In this document: piece by piece, positions 37,711 to 50,952 of the stretch
How the letters are laid out: the number at the start of each line of letters is the position of its first letter
How positions within the stretch are numbered: position 1 is the first letter of the stretch
Source: Podarcis vaucheri
Lineage: Eukaryota
Strand: one strand, 5' to 3'
NCBI GenBank assembly: GCA_965113315.1
Contig: OZ220372.1
Length of the DNA stretch: 64,000 nt
Notes under the pieces: generated by a model
The model's input: the letters and a program-made list of their open reading frames with translations, nothing else
What the model was told of the DNA's origin: nothing
Database searches by the model: none
Program-made: the position numbers and the translations under genes

Positions 37711-39172
37711 TAATTTGCATTTTGTTAGTCCTCTAAAAGATTTGTTTGTTTGAGTATTATTCTGTATCCAGAACAGCTTAATTTCTTGGAAATTCGTACA
37801 CGAAAAGCTTTTGAAATAATGCGTGGACGTGTATGTACCTATGGTATTTATGAAGAATGCTTCACCTTAAATTGTTTAAGTGACTAAATACAGTATTATG
37901 TAAGCAAATATTTTGGGGATTTTTATGTACAAACGTAATCTGAACAGCTGAAAATAAGTCTTATTTTCATGCTATGCGTCAGTCAGTTGGAGGGGATTTT
38001 TAAAAAATCAAATAATATTGTTTCTTGTACAGAAGCATAACACTTGCAAAAAATATGGAGTCTGCATGATTTTTTTAAGGGCACCTTCAACGATTATTTT
38101 GATGCAAAGCTACCAGATAGACTCAGTACTAATATGCAGTCCACCTAAATTTTAGATTCTAAATCTTCCCATTGCCTAGGATTTAGGTGGATTTGAAGAG
38201 AGGTCATTGTGTGAAAAAGTTGTCACTCAAACAAAATGTAATCTTTTGCAGAGTTCTTAACAGAAGTGGGAGATTTACAAATGCACAGGTCTTATGCGCA
38301 TTTCAGTTTGAAACAGCCATGCGTGTGTTTGGGTTTTTCTTTGTAACATACCGTATAATGATAAAAGCATTTCAGCTTTCCATCCCAGTTTTCATTAGCG
38401 GTAGTCCCATTGAACATGGTGAGCTTACTCTAGAAAAAACTGTTTTGAGGATTGCGACCCAAACCCCTCAGACAATATCAGTTTTAAGTAGATTGGTTTA
38501 AAGTTGCTCTGGGATTTTTAGCATTTCTTATCTGTCATTTTTCCTTTGGTTTTAACCAGTTCCTTTAAGTGACATCCATGGGGAATTACTCATTTTCTCT
38601 TCTAGAGGGAGCTCTGCCTCTCACTTCTTGAATGTGTAGATACTCAAGAAACCTGTAGTCCACTTCTCCTTCAGCCAGAGTTGCCACTGAGAGAAAAATG
38701 CTTAAGTAATAAAGCAGCACACAGTACAATTATTTAGCAAGCTAATTATTAAATAGCTGATACTATCTGATACTTTAGAATCCCCAATGCTTCGCAAACA
38801 CACATGTACTGATGTCCTTTTGGCAATGTCAAACTAGGGAACATATTTAATATACAAGGCAAATGTAGTATTATGATTGCTATTATAAAATCTTTATAAA
38901 GTTCAGTTAAAAGCTTTTGCATATCTGTAGTGCAGAATGAGAGTGTATACAATTTGCAAATGTATACAGATTGTATGCCTTTTGGAAACATTTTGGTTTT
39001 TTATATTATATCACTCACTTTTACGTTTTGCCTTTTCTGGTACAGACACTGCAGTAGGTATTAGTCACATGTCAAGCAGTCAGCAATATAACTGATAAAA
39101 ACATAATAATAAAGCCCCATTTTTGAACATCTGCATCCTTTCTATTAAATGCCAACCCAGCTAACCATGCAA

Positions 39173-39253
39173 TGCAACCCCATCTACTCTGAAGTAAGTC
39201 TCATTGAGTCCAATGGGACTTGCTTCCAGGTAGGTGGATCTAGGATTGCAGCC
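39173..39253. repeat. ~85-bp palindromic dispersed repeat
   Basis: GAAGTAAGTCTCATTG / CAATGGGACTTGCTTC (14/16 inverted match), with ends TGCAACCC...GGATTGCA. Confidence 0.75.
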
Positions 39254-42200
39254 AACAAAAGTTCTTAAGTTCTTACTGTGCTTCCTGCTCTGTACTCAGG
39301 ATTTGGAAGCATCCAAAGGATTATGGGAGCAGCACCTAGAGTGCCTATTCACATACAGTATTTTAAATCTCCTCCCTAGGCACAATGAATACATTGATAA
39401 GTGGGTATTCTCAGGTGGTCCTAAAGAATTCAGTGGGACATGGGACAAGATGTACACAGTTTGTGTGTGTGCTTGTGAAATATATGTAATTGGTTTTTTT
39501 ATCTGCTGTAAAACTCCAGTAAAAAATCCTGATGTCATGAGGCCATACATTTGGACAAGCAGCAGTAAAGTATACACACATTAGACAGTGAGAAGTCTAG
39601 TTAAATGGGGATACACAATTGACTTGTGTGACTGAGTGACTCAGACAAATCTGGTTGGATAATAACTTTGGTGCAGGCTTGATGATGTCTATCCAACAAC
39701 TTTCTTGTGTAATGAGAATAAATTACCACCTGAAAACCTCAAAACAGAGAAAGACAGTGGGGTTGAAATTTAATTCCTTCAGTGAAATTTTTTTCTTAAC
39801 TGCTTTCCATGGAATAATAATCCTACCTGCTTTTTGAAAATTACTTTGTTATCCCTACTTCCTTTGTTATCCCACCTAATAAAAAAGCAGATAGGATAGG
39901 TCTCTGCAGCCACAGTAGGTGCTGTGATTCTCCAGCAGTTTGACATTCCCAGAGGTGCACTCCATTATCTCTCTAGACAAAAGGATGCCAACGACTTCCT
40001 TTGTTGCCTGTCTTTTCCTTATAGATGATAGCAACTTCATCTACATTGATGACAATTGTTTTTGCCCCTTATACAAAGATTAGTTATGTTATTTCACCAT
40101 AGGAGAGCAAGACTGGTGACCGCTTCCAAAGGACGAGACTATTTTTTGCTGCTGCTGCTGCTACTGAGGACCTCTTGAAATATAAATGTCCCCTAGTCCC
40201 CCACTGCTGTCATGGAGGTATAAGATCTAGGAAGTTCTGTATTTTGTTTTATACTGTAGCTATATAATTGCTGGTGTTCGCTGCCAGCTGATACAGTTGA
40301 GCAAGGTCTCTGGACCCATAGGATAGTCATGAAGCTGTAATTTCTATCAACTTTGCCCTTTGATGTGGAGGCTATTAGCCGTGATGGCTGTGTTCTACCT
40401 TCACTATTAGAGGCAGTCTTCTTCTCAGTACTAGTTGCTGGGAATCGCAGGTGGGCAGAGTGCTGTTGTACTCCTGTCCTGCTTGCTGGCTTCCTGCAAG
40501 CATCTTGTTGTCCTCTGTTAGAACAGAATGTTTCTTTAGAAGGTCCAATCACCTAATCCAGAAGGCTCTTCTTATGTTAATATGTTTGCTACTTCACCTC
40601 TTCTGTAAGCAACTATAACAAACTCACAAACCTAGCAGAAACATTGCCTGGCCAGATAGAAAGTTAGAAATCATCATTGTGATGTAGGGGTTCATGGTTT
40701 TATACAGATTGCAGGTTTTGAGGTGTACCTCTTAGACTTAGGGGGTTGAATCTAATGGTAGCTTTGCAATAGCAAGGAGGTGCTTATGCTAATGTGACAA
40801 ACAGCACCTAGCTTTTGCTAATTCCCCTCTGCTGACTGAAGTTGTTTGCACCCTAACCCACACCCTTCCAGAGGATCTCCCAACTAAAGCATTTTTAAGG
40901 GGTTCCAGGGGGCTGCAGTGAGTAGGGTGCCTTGAGTCGCACAAGTAGACATGCTTTGTGTTAGTGCAAAACCCTGGTGGGTACAAACCAGGAACTTTAG
41001 CCATGCTCAAAATATATATTCCAAGTTTCTGAAATTGTTGACTGATGTTAATGTTTAATGGGTTAAGTGCTCTAGAGGGCAGTCCTGCTTATGCTGAATG
41101 GGAATGAGTGCATTTGTGTGAGCAGGTGAGTGGGGTCAGGTGGCACTCCAGGGAGCAGGGAGTGCGTGATCATCCCCTGCACCTTTTTAAAAAATTTTCA
41201 AAGCTGGTAAATAATAGTACTAGGCTGAAAATACAATTATTTCATTTGTACTTGTAAAGTGTTTAGTGGAAAGAACAAAGTCATAAGAGGGGAAAACAGA
41301 GGTCAAAGACCTCAATGGAGGTCAAATAAATCTTCATGGTAAACTGCTGAAGGCTTTCAGCAGCCTTGTATTGCATCTTGGTTCATGTTTAAAAATGGTT
41401 TACAAAGTGAAATTAGAATGCTGTTTTCTGTACTGATGTGTATATACAAGTCTCTCCTTTTTGGTAGTTTCCTGATTAACTGCTGAAAGAAAAGTGTTCC
41501 AAGAAAGCCATATAGATGAGGGGGAAAAGCTTTAAGGGACCTAATCCATCTGGCTTGATTGTGATTTTCCAGACTTCTAATTTGTTTTTACTAAATGTAC
41601 TGAAAATAAGACTCCCAAGTTGGCCTTGCTTGTTTAAAATAGCTGCGGTAATAAATGTATACCATTTGCATATATATTAATCATTGCTTATAAATATTGA
41701 CAAACATATTATTCAGCTTAGGAGAAAAGGCACTGGCTTCTTTGTAAAAATGTTTCGTGCCTATTGGAGTTAAGTGCCGAGCATGTTAGCTTAACACAAA
41801 AGTACTATTAAAAGCTGTAACCTTAAAAAAGGATGTTGCTCACCCAGATCACACCAGCTGGCTTGTAGAGGAACAAACTGTTCATTAAGAGGGATCTGTC
41901 CAATTCCTGAAGTCGTGGCTGTGGTGCTTGGAAGGGTTCAACCTTGCCACCAAAATGTCTTTCTCCTTTTTTTGTCCAGTTGTTTGGTCTTTCTCCTGCT
42001 AAATTTCTGAATAAAATATATTAATAACCCCATACAAAACAGAACACTAATTCTTGGCATAATGTTGCTCTGCAGTCAAGGACCTATTGTAATTCTCATT
42101 TTTAATGTGAACAGCCGATTCTGAGGGATTGATAATAAATCCAGCTTAATTTGCATTAGGCTGAATCTTTGTTCTAAGTAGGGCTTTTTGTTGTTTGCTA

Positions 42201-43338
42201 GGAAAGCAGCTATTCTAATTTTTGGAGGCGTCAGATTATTTTTTTTCAGATTTCACTAACAAATGGACAGATTTACACTGATGCATCTCTATATCTCATC
42301 ATTTCCTTTTTTTCTTAGGGTGTTCCTCCCAACATACTTGGGATGGCTGTTACAGATGTCTCATGTGTGTCCTTCTCTGAAGTTCAATTTAGCCTGTTAA
42401 AAGCATTCCAATATAAAGACAGGAAATCCATTACTATTACACATTTTCAAGGGTGACGAGAAACAAGAAGTTAGGTATATTTGCCTGTTGTATGCTGCCT
42501 ACATGTTTAACAACCTGCATCAACCTGCCGCCTTCCAGGTGTTTTGAGTTGGGCCTGATGGAAGTTGTAGTCTGCAACATCAGGAGGACATCAGGTTTAT
42601 GAAGGCCGATGTACAAAATAATTGCTTCAGCTTGGGGTCTGTTTTTAACATTCTTGCTAAGAGTGTTAAAGTGGCATTTCCTCCTTTTGAAGATTTGATG
42701 CCTAAAAATGTTTTTAATGTCTAGGTTTGAAGTTAGGAGGCTAATACAGCTGTTAAAATGCTTCAGGCACGTGCTTATTTAGGAGAACAAAAGTGTGAGA
42801 ATTTGCTCATTCTCACATGGTTCCTGGCAGAAGGATACTGTCACATGAAACTTCCAGAAAAAATGAATTCACATTTTTCTCATTCTAATGGGAACATACT
42901 CAGTGATAGAGATGTGCCTAATGCAGAACAGATATTTTGGCTGTGTCGTCGCTATTTAATATTAGAGATTTATTTGAAATCTCTGTTTTTTTTATTTTAC
43001 AACATGCCTAAAATCCAACAAAATGGACAGTGAGGATACTCAGAAATGGATCGCGCTGTTTGAGGGAGTTGAAATGCCATCTTCCTGGTAGCAGGATTGC
43101 TGCCACTCACCAGGAGAGAAGGGGAGAAGAGCAAGGTTGTGGAGAGGCTGGCACAGACCACATCAACCTCGCTGATGGCATCAACCTTGCTGCCAGGAAG
43201 CTAGCATTGCAGCTCCTCCCCACTGGACGAGTTGTTTCCAGGGGGGGGGGGTGTATTCAACTATCTTGCTGGGTGGGCTTCCTGTCTCAGCTGCTGCTCT
43301 TAGTGGAAGTCAAAAGAGGCACTATTGAATGGTGTATA

Positions 43339-43541
43339 CAATGGTACCTCGGGTTACAGATGCTTCAGGTTACAGATGCTTCAGGTTACAGATGCTTCAG
43401 GTTGAGAACAGAAATCGCATGGTGGCAGCATGGCGGCAGTGGGAGGCCCCATTAGCTAAAGTGGTACCTCAGGTTAAGAACAGTTTCAGGTTAAGAACGG
43501 ACCTCCAGATTGAATTAAGTTCTTAACCCGATGTACTACTG
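43339..43541. mobile_element. Tigger/pogo-type MITE family A, second copy
   Basis: TA-CAATGGTACCTCGGGTTA...TAACCCGATGTACTACTG, near-identical to 19295-19531 with an internal deletion and three GGTTACAGATGCTTCA units. Confidence 0.88.
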
Positions 43542-43652
43542 TGTAGTAATCTTTCTCTCAGGTGTCCCAAATGGAACTCTGTGCTTAATGTCTTAGCATT
43601 ACTGGTCTCAGAGGAAACTATTCTAGCCTGGATGTGACTGCCCAGGGAGGGA

Positions 43653-43843
43653 GGGGGCATAGCTTGGTGGTTAAGAACGTGCAGTTTCAATCCCTGACAT
43701 CTCCAGTTAAAAGGATCAGTTAGTGGGTGATACAAAAGACCTCTGTGCCTAGTACCCCAAAGAGCCACTGCCAATCAGAGTAGGTAGGGCTGGGCAAGAT
43801 GGATGGACAGCTTGGTGTGGTATAAAGCAGCTTCCTATTTTCC
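43653..43843 (+). mobile_element. tRNA-derived SINE (Squam2-like)
   Basis: A box ATAGCTTGGTGG, B box-like GTTTCAATCCC, body AGAGCCACTGCCAATCAGAGTAG, tail TATAAAGCAGCTTCCTAT. Confidence 0.7.
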
Positions 43844-44479
43844 CTGTATTCCTCAACCAGGCTGTTGCTGATGTTTCTCACAATTGGTATGCAGAATGGG
43901 TCCTTCCCCGGCACTGCAGGGTTCTATCACACTCTCCCCCGCCCCTGCTGAAATTAGGCATGGGGTGCAATTTTGGTGAGAGAACTATTTCCTTTTCAGC
44001 TGTGTTCCCACTTCACAATTATGCTACCAGCAACCTTTTATGGGTCACAATGAAAACAAGTTATGGCATGTTCATGGTGGCCATGACAGTTTCTCCAGTT
44101 TGCCAAATGGGCCAATGGATATGCAAAGGTTAGTGACCCCAGTGTACTAATTAATATGTTACCTGCATTGACTCATATGTACAAGTGGCATCTCAAGGGA
44201 GTGGTCCACTTGTATAACTCAGTGATTGCACTCACAGATGATTGCTTCAGTTTTCAGTGTACCTGTTTATGGAAGTGTCCTCTTTGATCTTGATGTGCCA
44301 TTTCCCTGAGATCCTATGGGATGAAGGGAGGTCTAAAAGTAGACCAAAAATACTGCTCCAATGATTAAACCACCTGTGTGTAAGCAGATATTTGCTTGTA
44401 TCTGCTGGCTTAGGTGTAAGTGTCTCTCTGCAAGTTCTGCCACAATAGGAATGTGGTGTTAGATATCTAAGTCTGAAAC

Positions 44480-44606
44480 CAGAGCTGGAGAACCAGTGGC
44501 TGTCTAAATGTTGTTGGACCACAATTCCCATCATCCTTGATCATTGGCCATGCTGCCTGTGGATGATGTGAGTTGGCGTTTGACACTGTTTGGTTCTCTA
44601 GCTCTG
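44480..44606. mobile_element. Palindromic hAT-type MITE
   Basis: TIR CAGAGCTGGAGAACCA/TGGTTCTCTAGCTCTG (15/16) and family core GTTGTTGGACCACAATTCCCATCATCC. Confidence 0.75.
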
Positions 44607-45468
44607 CCTAACTCTCTCTCTCTCTTTGTACTTTTAAAACACAGCTCTGAAAGTGATCCCTGGAATCAATGCATTTAAATATATTTGACCTGTAAAGATT
44701 GCTCTAAATCTTAGCATACCTTTAACTGAATTACAATAAATAGTGAAGAAAGGTTCACAAATCAAGTTTTACATTGTCAATCATCTAGACAGGGCAGGCT
44801 TAAATGTCTTGACCAGGTATTATTTTTCTTTATGTTCCTTCTCTTGTCATGGTTTTAAGGACTTGTCAAGTGATTGAGAAGGTTAGCCTAAAAAAACATA
44901 TTTCAAAATGCTTGGCATATATTAAAATACTCATAAGAGGACCAGTTTCAACACTAAAGCACATGGGGGTTGAAAACATGGTGCTTCAACTGTCCCAGAG
45001 CGTCCCATTAAAATGGGCAATCCATTCAATAATTAAGTCCTTTCTGGAGGCCTGTTCATTAAGACAGTTTACAGTTATCGTTAGGCTTTCTTGGCTTCAA
45101 AATTGTGCTAGTAACTTTTCCACATTTGTGCAAGCACGATTGGTTCTTAGGGGTGAGCAGCATGTGGTCTACAGCTTGTGAATGGCACCCCACCAGCTAG
45201 ACAAAACACAAAGATGGCTTGCCTTTTCTGTTGCTCTCCTTCCTTGTCCAGCCAACACAATAGTGCCTGCTAAGACTGTTAAGGCCATCGTGTGTTGGCA
45301 GCATTGGCAAAAGCTGAAGGGAAGATGCAAAAGATGAAATGAGTCAGCAAGCAGGGAGGAAAGTAAAGATGCAGGGCAGGGTGGAGAAACTCAACTTCTG
45401 GAGATGCCACAAAACAATCAAGCACTTTCGAAATGTTTTGCAGATGAGTGGGGGAAGTGTGACCTGGC

Positions 45469-45717
45469 CAGGCATGAGAACCATCAGGCCTGGTGGCCAA
45501 ACACAATTCTCCAGACCTGTCTATTTGGCCATTGGAACATTCCCCAGGCCATGCCCCATCTCCCTAGTCCACACCTCTCATGGACTCTGCTTCACACCCT
45601 GAGTGTCCTGCCTCACTGCAATGTTCCCTGGATTTTGATAATGCCACTAGCATACATCCCTTGGATGGTTTCCCATAAGAGTATGTGGCCTTCAAACTGA
45701 AAAAGCTTTCCCACATG
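45469..45717. mobile_element. Old non-autonomous hAT-like element
   Basis: Left CAGGCATGAGAACCATCAGGCC and right ATGTGGCCTTCAAACTGAAAAAGCTTTCCCAC are typical hAT subterminal motifs. Related left ends occur at ~26203 and ~63140. Confidence 0.45.
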
Positions 45718-47436
45718 TTTCACAGGGCATGACTAGACAAACTCCCAAATTGGTAGGAAATGCCAGAGATCCCTATAGGCAGGTAGTTTGGGTTTGATCA
45801 ATAGTAGGCAATGTGAATCAGGGGGGAAAGTGAATCAGGGTGACTGTGTTAGGGTAGAAAACGGGAGCTGTGGTCTGTTTTTGGAAGCAAGCTTGAGTTT
45901 TGGGTCACCTGGAGAAAGGGTCCAAATTAATGAGGGAACTTTTACCAAACAGTTATACCTGTATATTTGTGTCAGTCATATGGATATGAGTTAGGGTCAG
46001 ATCCCTTCCTTTGGTTTCTTCCAGTCGTATAGGAAATGATGTGATCCATTTCCCATATTTTCTGAATGTAAGTGGCCATTCTGTGTCCTATCGTGATTCC
46101 CAGTCTGTTGTACCAGCTAGTTAGCAATTCTCCACTCAGGGCTCTAACCCCTTTGTTCATTGTCAAACTTTGTAAATGTATTTATTTATTCATTGAATAA
46201 GGTAAATTTATTACCTCCCTTCATCTGTAGATCATATGTTCTCCATTCGACATACATAGTACTGGTACTTACTTAGATAGACCCTTTATTAATGAAATAC
46301 TGTTATGATCGTTTGAAATGCAATTATGTAAAGGACTCATTATATCTGTTTCCCACTAGAAATACCTCCATTATCTGTTTCATAAGCCAGAACAATTCAG
46401 TTTTGTAAGTCAGTTTCCAATTCTTTTATCCATCACCAGGGTTCCAGGATTATCATCATACAAATGAGGGCAGTAGGTGATAGATTAAAGACAACCACAA
46501 CTCCTAAGTGTAAGTCCAGCATACTAGTCTTTACCTTGTACAGATGCTTCTTACTTGCTTCATAGCCATTGCAGAAAGGCCCTAATCAGACTGAATGTTA
46601 TTAACCTGCCATCTCTGTTTGCCTGTGAGAAACTCCTTCCATTTTGAGTCTCGACAATTTGCAAAATGATGCATGCTTAGGGACTGTTAGTCATGATTCC
46701 TACCCTAGGCAGCAATTCAGACTGACTTTAATGATGAGGGGCCCGTCAAATCGAAGGGATCAGCAGCAAAGGTCACAGAGGAGCTCAACCCAGGGTACTT
46801 CCAGTTGTGAACGATTTAGCAGTAGCCGGTCATTGCTGCTCTCCTTTAAGCTACACATAGAACAGTAACTTAACTTTGATACTTCTGGAATCCAAATAAC
46901 ATTCCAGCAGCATAGTCAAATTATCAATATCCCTTTCCCTAACCCCAGATGGTGTGTTTGGAACAATTTTAATTGGGAACTTAGTATGAGGGTTAAATAC
47001 TCCCCTCACTGTCTTCCCAGTCATTATTGTCCCCCTGCTGCATTTTTTGTGGGGGAGGGAGGGAGGGAGGAAAATGGATAGAAGGGCAATGCAATTTGGA
47101 AACAGAAGGGTTAAACTAGTGTAGAATTGATTCCCACAGAAGAGAGATGAACCGTAGTGAAGGAAATTGCTAGAGCACAATCTATACAGGCCATTATTGA
47201 CCTGAAGAGGCCAGAACTGCTCCATGATGGGCTGTCCACAGCTAGAGAAAATGTTAAAGCTGTTCCACTGTGTAAAAAAACAACAAGCAATAACTTGGGT
47301 TTTCTGGGCTGTGGAGAAGGGGCAAGGAAGCTGAAAAGTAATGGGACATTTTGATCATGCATCCATTACTGTTGCTTGAAACTCAAGTGGCATTGGTGGC
47401 AAAAAGTGCCTTCCATTAACTTTGGCTAGTGGCCCA

Positions 47437-47557
47437 GCCATGATAGCTCAGTTGGTAGAACATGAAACTGTTAATATCAGGGTCATGGGTTTGAGCCACA
47501 CTTTGGGCAAAACATTGCAGGGATTTGGGCTGGAACTCTCATGCTACAATTCCATGA
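47437..47557 (+). mobile_element. tRNA-Lys-derived SINE with CR1-type tail (degenerate)
   Basis: 47437-47508 aligns with vertebrate tRNA-Lys (GATAGCTCAGTTGGTAGAACATGAAACTGTTAATATCAGGGTCATGGGTTTGAGCC) but has a mutated anticodon and T arm. It is followed by CATTGCAGGG...CTACAATTCCATGA, as at 28816. Confidence 0.8.
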
Positions 47558-47649
47558 AGATAGTGATAGCCTAACATATGTTCTCTGTGCTGTGGTTAGA
47601 TTACTGCATTGTGTTTTATTTTTGTTGATGGTTCAGAAACTTCAACTGG

Positions 47650-48010
47650 CGTATAATTAAGCAGCCAGGTTGCTCACTGGGGCAAGATGGTCTGAGCACA
47701 AGACACCAATGACTGCATTGCCTACCAGTTAGTTTCCAGACCCAATTCAGAGTGCTGATTTTGACTGATAAAGCCTAATGCTCAGGATCCCAATAGCCCA
47801 AGGCCTGCCTCTCCTAATGTGACTCAAAACAGAGCCTGCACCAGGCAAAATATACTTGACCTCCCAGATTATTGGATCTTTATTTCCTTCTTATTTTTTA
47901 GTGGAGTGGGGTTGAATTGGATCATCTTTTGAGATACATGTGTGTTTTAAGATCTTTTTAAACCCTTGTTTTTATAGTTGTTTTAATGTTCATTTTCGTA
48001 AGTTGCTATG
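47650..48010 (+). mobile_element. L2-clade LINE 3' fragment
   Basis: Translates to AARLLTGARWSEHKTP../LHCLPVSFQTQFRVLILTDKA, the L2 ORF2 C-terminal motif, followed by a T-rich tail. Confidence 0.8.
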
Positions 48011-48129
48011 AGTTTCAATTTTCTGAAAATTGCAAATGATGATGATGATGTTATAAACAAAAACAGCTGTTCCACAGTGTGGAAGCACCCCAGAAACTAG
48101 ACCTGAGCCAATGCTTATCCACCAAGATA

Positions 48130-48359
48130 CAGTGGTGCCCTGCAAGACGAATGCCTCGCAAGACAAAAAACTCGCTAGACGAAAGGTTTTTTCATTCGCG
48201 ATTTGCCTCGCAAGACGAATTCCCCTATGCGCTTGCTTCGCAAGACGAAAACGTCTTGCGACTTTGTTAAGCCGTTTAAACCGTGCTTCGCAAGAAGAAA
48301 AATTCGTTAGACGGCAAAAATTGCGGAACGAATTAATTTCGTCTTGCGGGGCACCACTG
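48130..48359. mobile_element. Tigger/pogo-type MITE family B, young
   Basis: 22-bp TIR CAGTGGTGCCCTGCAAGACGAA/TTCGTCTTGCGGGGCACCACTG (1 mismatch), TA on both flanks, CpG-rich, with repeated internal TCGCAAGACGAA motifs. Confidence 0.93.
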
Positions 48360-48974
48360 TACTTCTGAACATGTTTCCCCAATCCCTGATCCTGTGGTTC
48401 CCAGGAAACTCACATATCTTCTCACTTGGGGCCCCACTGCAAGATCACGAGTGTAGACAATCAACAAGGAGTTCTTCAACTCTAACATAAGTTTCCAGAC
48501 TTTCCTGTGAATTCTTGCTCAAGATTAGAGGTAGGAAAGAATTGATCACTCTATTCCTAGCTCATGACAACTGTCTGTGTGTAGTCAAGTCTTTCTAACC
48601 CTGTTTCCACATTAATCTTTAGAAAAGAATCCATATGAAAATTAATATTAAAATATATGTGCTTAAATACACTCTTTCATGTATATTAATATGTTTCCTG
48701 AACCAAAAACTATATTGCAAAAGTCATGTAAGTGCTAAGTCTGAAGGATGATTACATTTCAATCTTCATTAATTTGTTCTGTAGTTGGTATGTAGCTGTT
48801 AGCCATGATGGCTAAGTGAAACCTCTGTGTTCAGAAGAAGAATGCTGCTGAATGCCAGTTGCTGAAAGGGACCTCAAGGTCACCTAGTGCAACCCTCTGC
48901 AGGAACCTGACTGCTGCAACATCTCCAGGCATCCAGCTGCTGGGGCTTCTCACTAGGTCACTGCTAGAGACAAG

Positions 48975-49275
48975 ATGATGAGTTATAAATGGCTTAATCT
49001 TTAAAAAGACCTCTAAGCAGTGTACAACAGAAAAGCAGTAAACAACATCATAAACAAAAATACTACACAAAAACCTCTAAAACAACAATATAAAAATATT
49101 TAAAGAGAAATAAAACAAGAGAAATACACGCAGACAAAAAAAACAAGAACCTGATCTTATGCATCTGCGAAAAACCTGGCATGTCTTCATAAGGCATCTT
49201 AAGCAAGTTTGCTGCTTCAACTGTGGCAGAGAGAACAGCATCCCATGGTAGAGGGGCAATAGTGGAAATGGCCCA
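48975..49275 (-). mobile_element. L2-like LINE 3' end, decayed
   Basis: A-rich tail on + with CTCTAAGCAGTGTACAAC and AAGGCATCTTAAG...CAGCATCCCATG, typical of the reverse complement of an L2 3' end. Confidence 0.55.
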
Positions 49276-49374
49276 TTTTTGGAACTGAATTTGGATGGAA
49301 CTCTAGGCACATCAAGAAGGGCTATTCTCACTCCAACATTCTTTTCCCTACATATATTCTTAGCTCTAGTTTCA

Positions 49375-49515
49375 CCTCACCCTTCCCTCCAAACCATCAG
49401 GGCAATTACAGTGGGACTCATCACATTTTATTCTCATAACGATGTGTTGAGGCAGATTATGCTGTGAAATAGTAGTCCTCAAAGCCACTTAAGGGCAAAG
49501 TGGGGCTTTCAAACC
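49375..49515 (-). mobile_element. MIR/CORE-type SINE remnant
   Basis: CATTTTATTCTCATAACGATGTGTTGAGGCAG resembles the reverse-complement CORE motif (TTAATCCTCACAACAACCCTGTGAGGTAG). Confidence 0.45.
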
Positions 49516-50698
49516 AATGGCAAACCCAGCATTATTTATGCAACTCACTAACTCTCATGGCAGCAATCTGCGTGCCTGTCAGACACTGTGGTTTATTTAC
49601 TCAAACCACAGCTGACTGCTGGTATCTTTTCAAGGGTCTTAGTGATGGAAGATTCTAGCTAGTTTAAAATAAACCACATTATTCAGAGCTGAGCGTTTAT
49701 GTGCAGATTTGCCTTATTATAGAGAAAATGACGTGTCTGCTCAAGAAATCCCTGCAGAGCTGTCAAAAATCAGCAAACCAGATCCCCGAATTGGGTTTTT
49801 GAATGGTAATTAAAACTTTTACTATGAGCTTGTTAGAAAGTCAAAAAGTTGGAGGTGATCCAACTTAAAATGTAGGCCCTTAAAAAAACAACACCTTATC
49901 GTATCTTAAAAATATCCTGCAATTGAGCATAATGACTATGAGCATAAATTATCACAAATTTGTTCTAAATAGGCCTAGGGTAAAAACTCTGTAAACTGCT
50001 TCTGTCTTGTATTAAGCCAGTTGCTCATTGACAAATATGGGGCAACTAGATGGTTTGTTTTAAGCTGGCCCATAGACCTGTGGGGGAAAACTGGGAATTT
50101 TCACTTACAGTGCAATATTATGCATGACTGCTTCCAGGTAAGTGGGAACGAGCTCACGGCTTTAACTGGATGACCATTTTTCTTGCAGGCACAATGTCGT
50201 TGAATACTATAGACCTCAAGCCAGAGGTCCTGTAGGTCACAATTCTTTCTTCTCATAGCTCTCAGGATCTGTGGGCATTTCAAGCCAGGATAAAGACACA
50301 GCTCCCAGACCTGATCCAGGCGAACCAATCCCTTTTATGGACAGAACTTTAACACTAGTAGGCAGTCATGGTTTTGGTAATGCATGACCCCATCACACTC
50401 ATGGCATCTCAGTTCTTTAAATGGCAACAGACTGTGATGTTAAAGCCCGAGGGTGTGAAAGTACATTTAAATGTAGCACTGGGGTGTGGGGGGGGATGCA
50501 AAGGAAAAAGAGTTTGACTATAAAAATATAAAGCAGGAAAGCTGGCTGTGGGGGAAATAAGGCACCAAGTGTGTTGGAGGCTTATAATATTTATCTTCTT
50601 TAACTTGGTACTAATAGATTTGTCATAGGATTGTATTTTGCATCAGGCCTATAGTGAAGTGTTAAATTAGAACAGTCTGGGAGGAACATTTCAATGTA

Positions 50699-50952
50699 CC
50701 GTATTTTTTGCTCTATAAGACTCACTTTTTCCCTCCTAAAAAGTAAGGGGATATGTGTGTGTGTCTTAAGGAGCGAATGCAGGCTGCGCAGCTATCCCAG
50801 AAGCCAGAACAGCAAGAGGGATTGCTGCTTTCACTGCGCAGAGATCCCTTTTGCTGGGTTCTGAGATTCAGAATATTTTTTTTCTTGTTTTCCTCCTCCA
50901 AAAACTAGGCACGTCTTGTGGTCTGGTGCGTCTTATAGAGCGAAAAATACGG
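50699..50952. mobile_element. Tc2/pogo-type MITE (CCGTA termini)
   Basis: 23-bp TIR CCGTATTTTTTGCTCTATAAGAC/GTCTTATAGAGCGAAAAATACGG (1 mismatch), TA on both flanks. Confidence 0.92.

Noticed and set aside
47437-47508. Functional tRNA-Lys gene
   Set aside because: Anticodon, T arm and acceptor stem are mutated, and the sequence continues into a CR1-type tail, so it is a SINE head.
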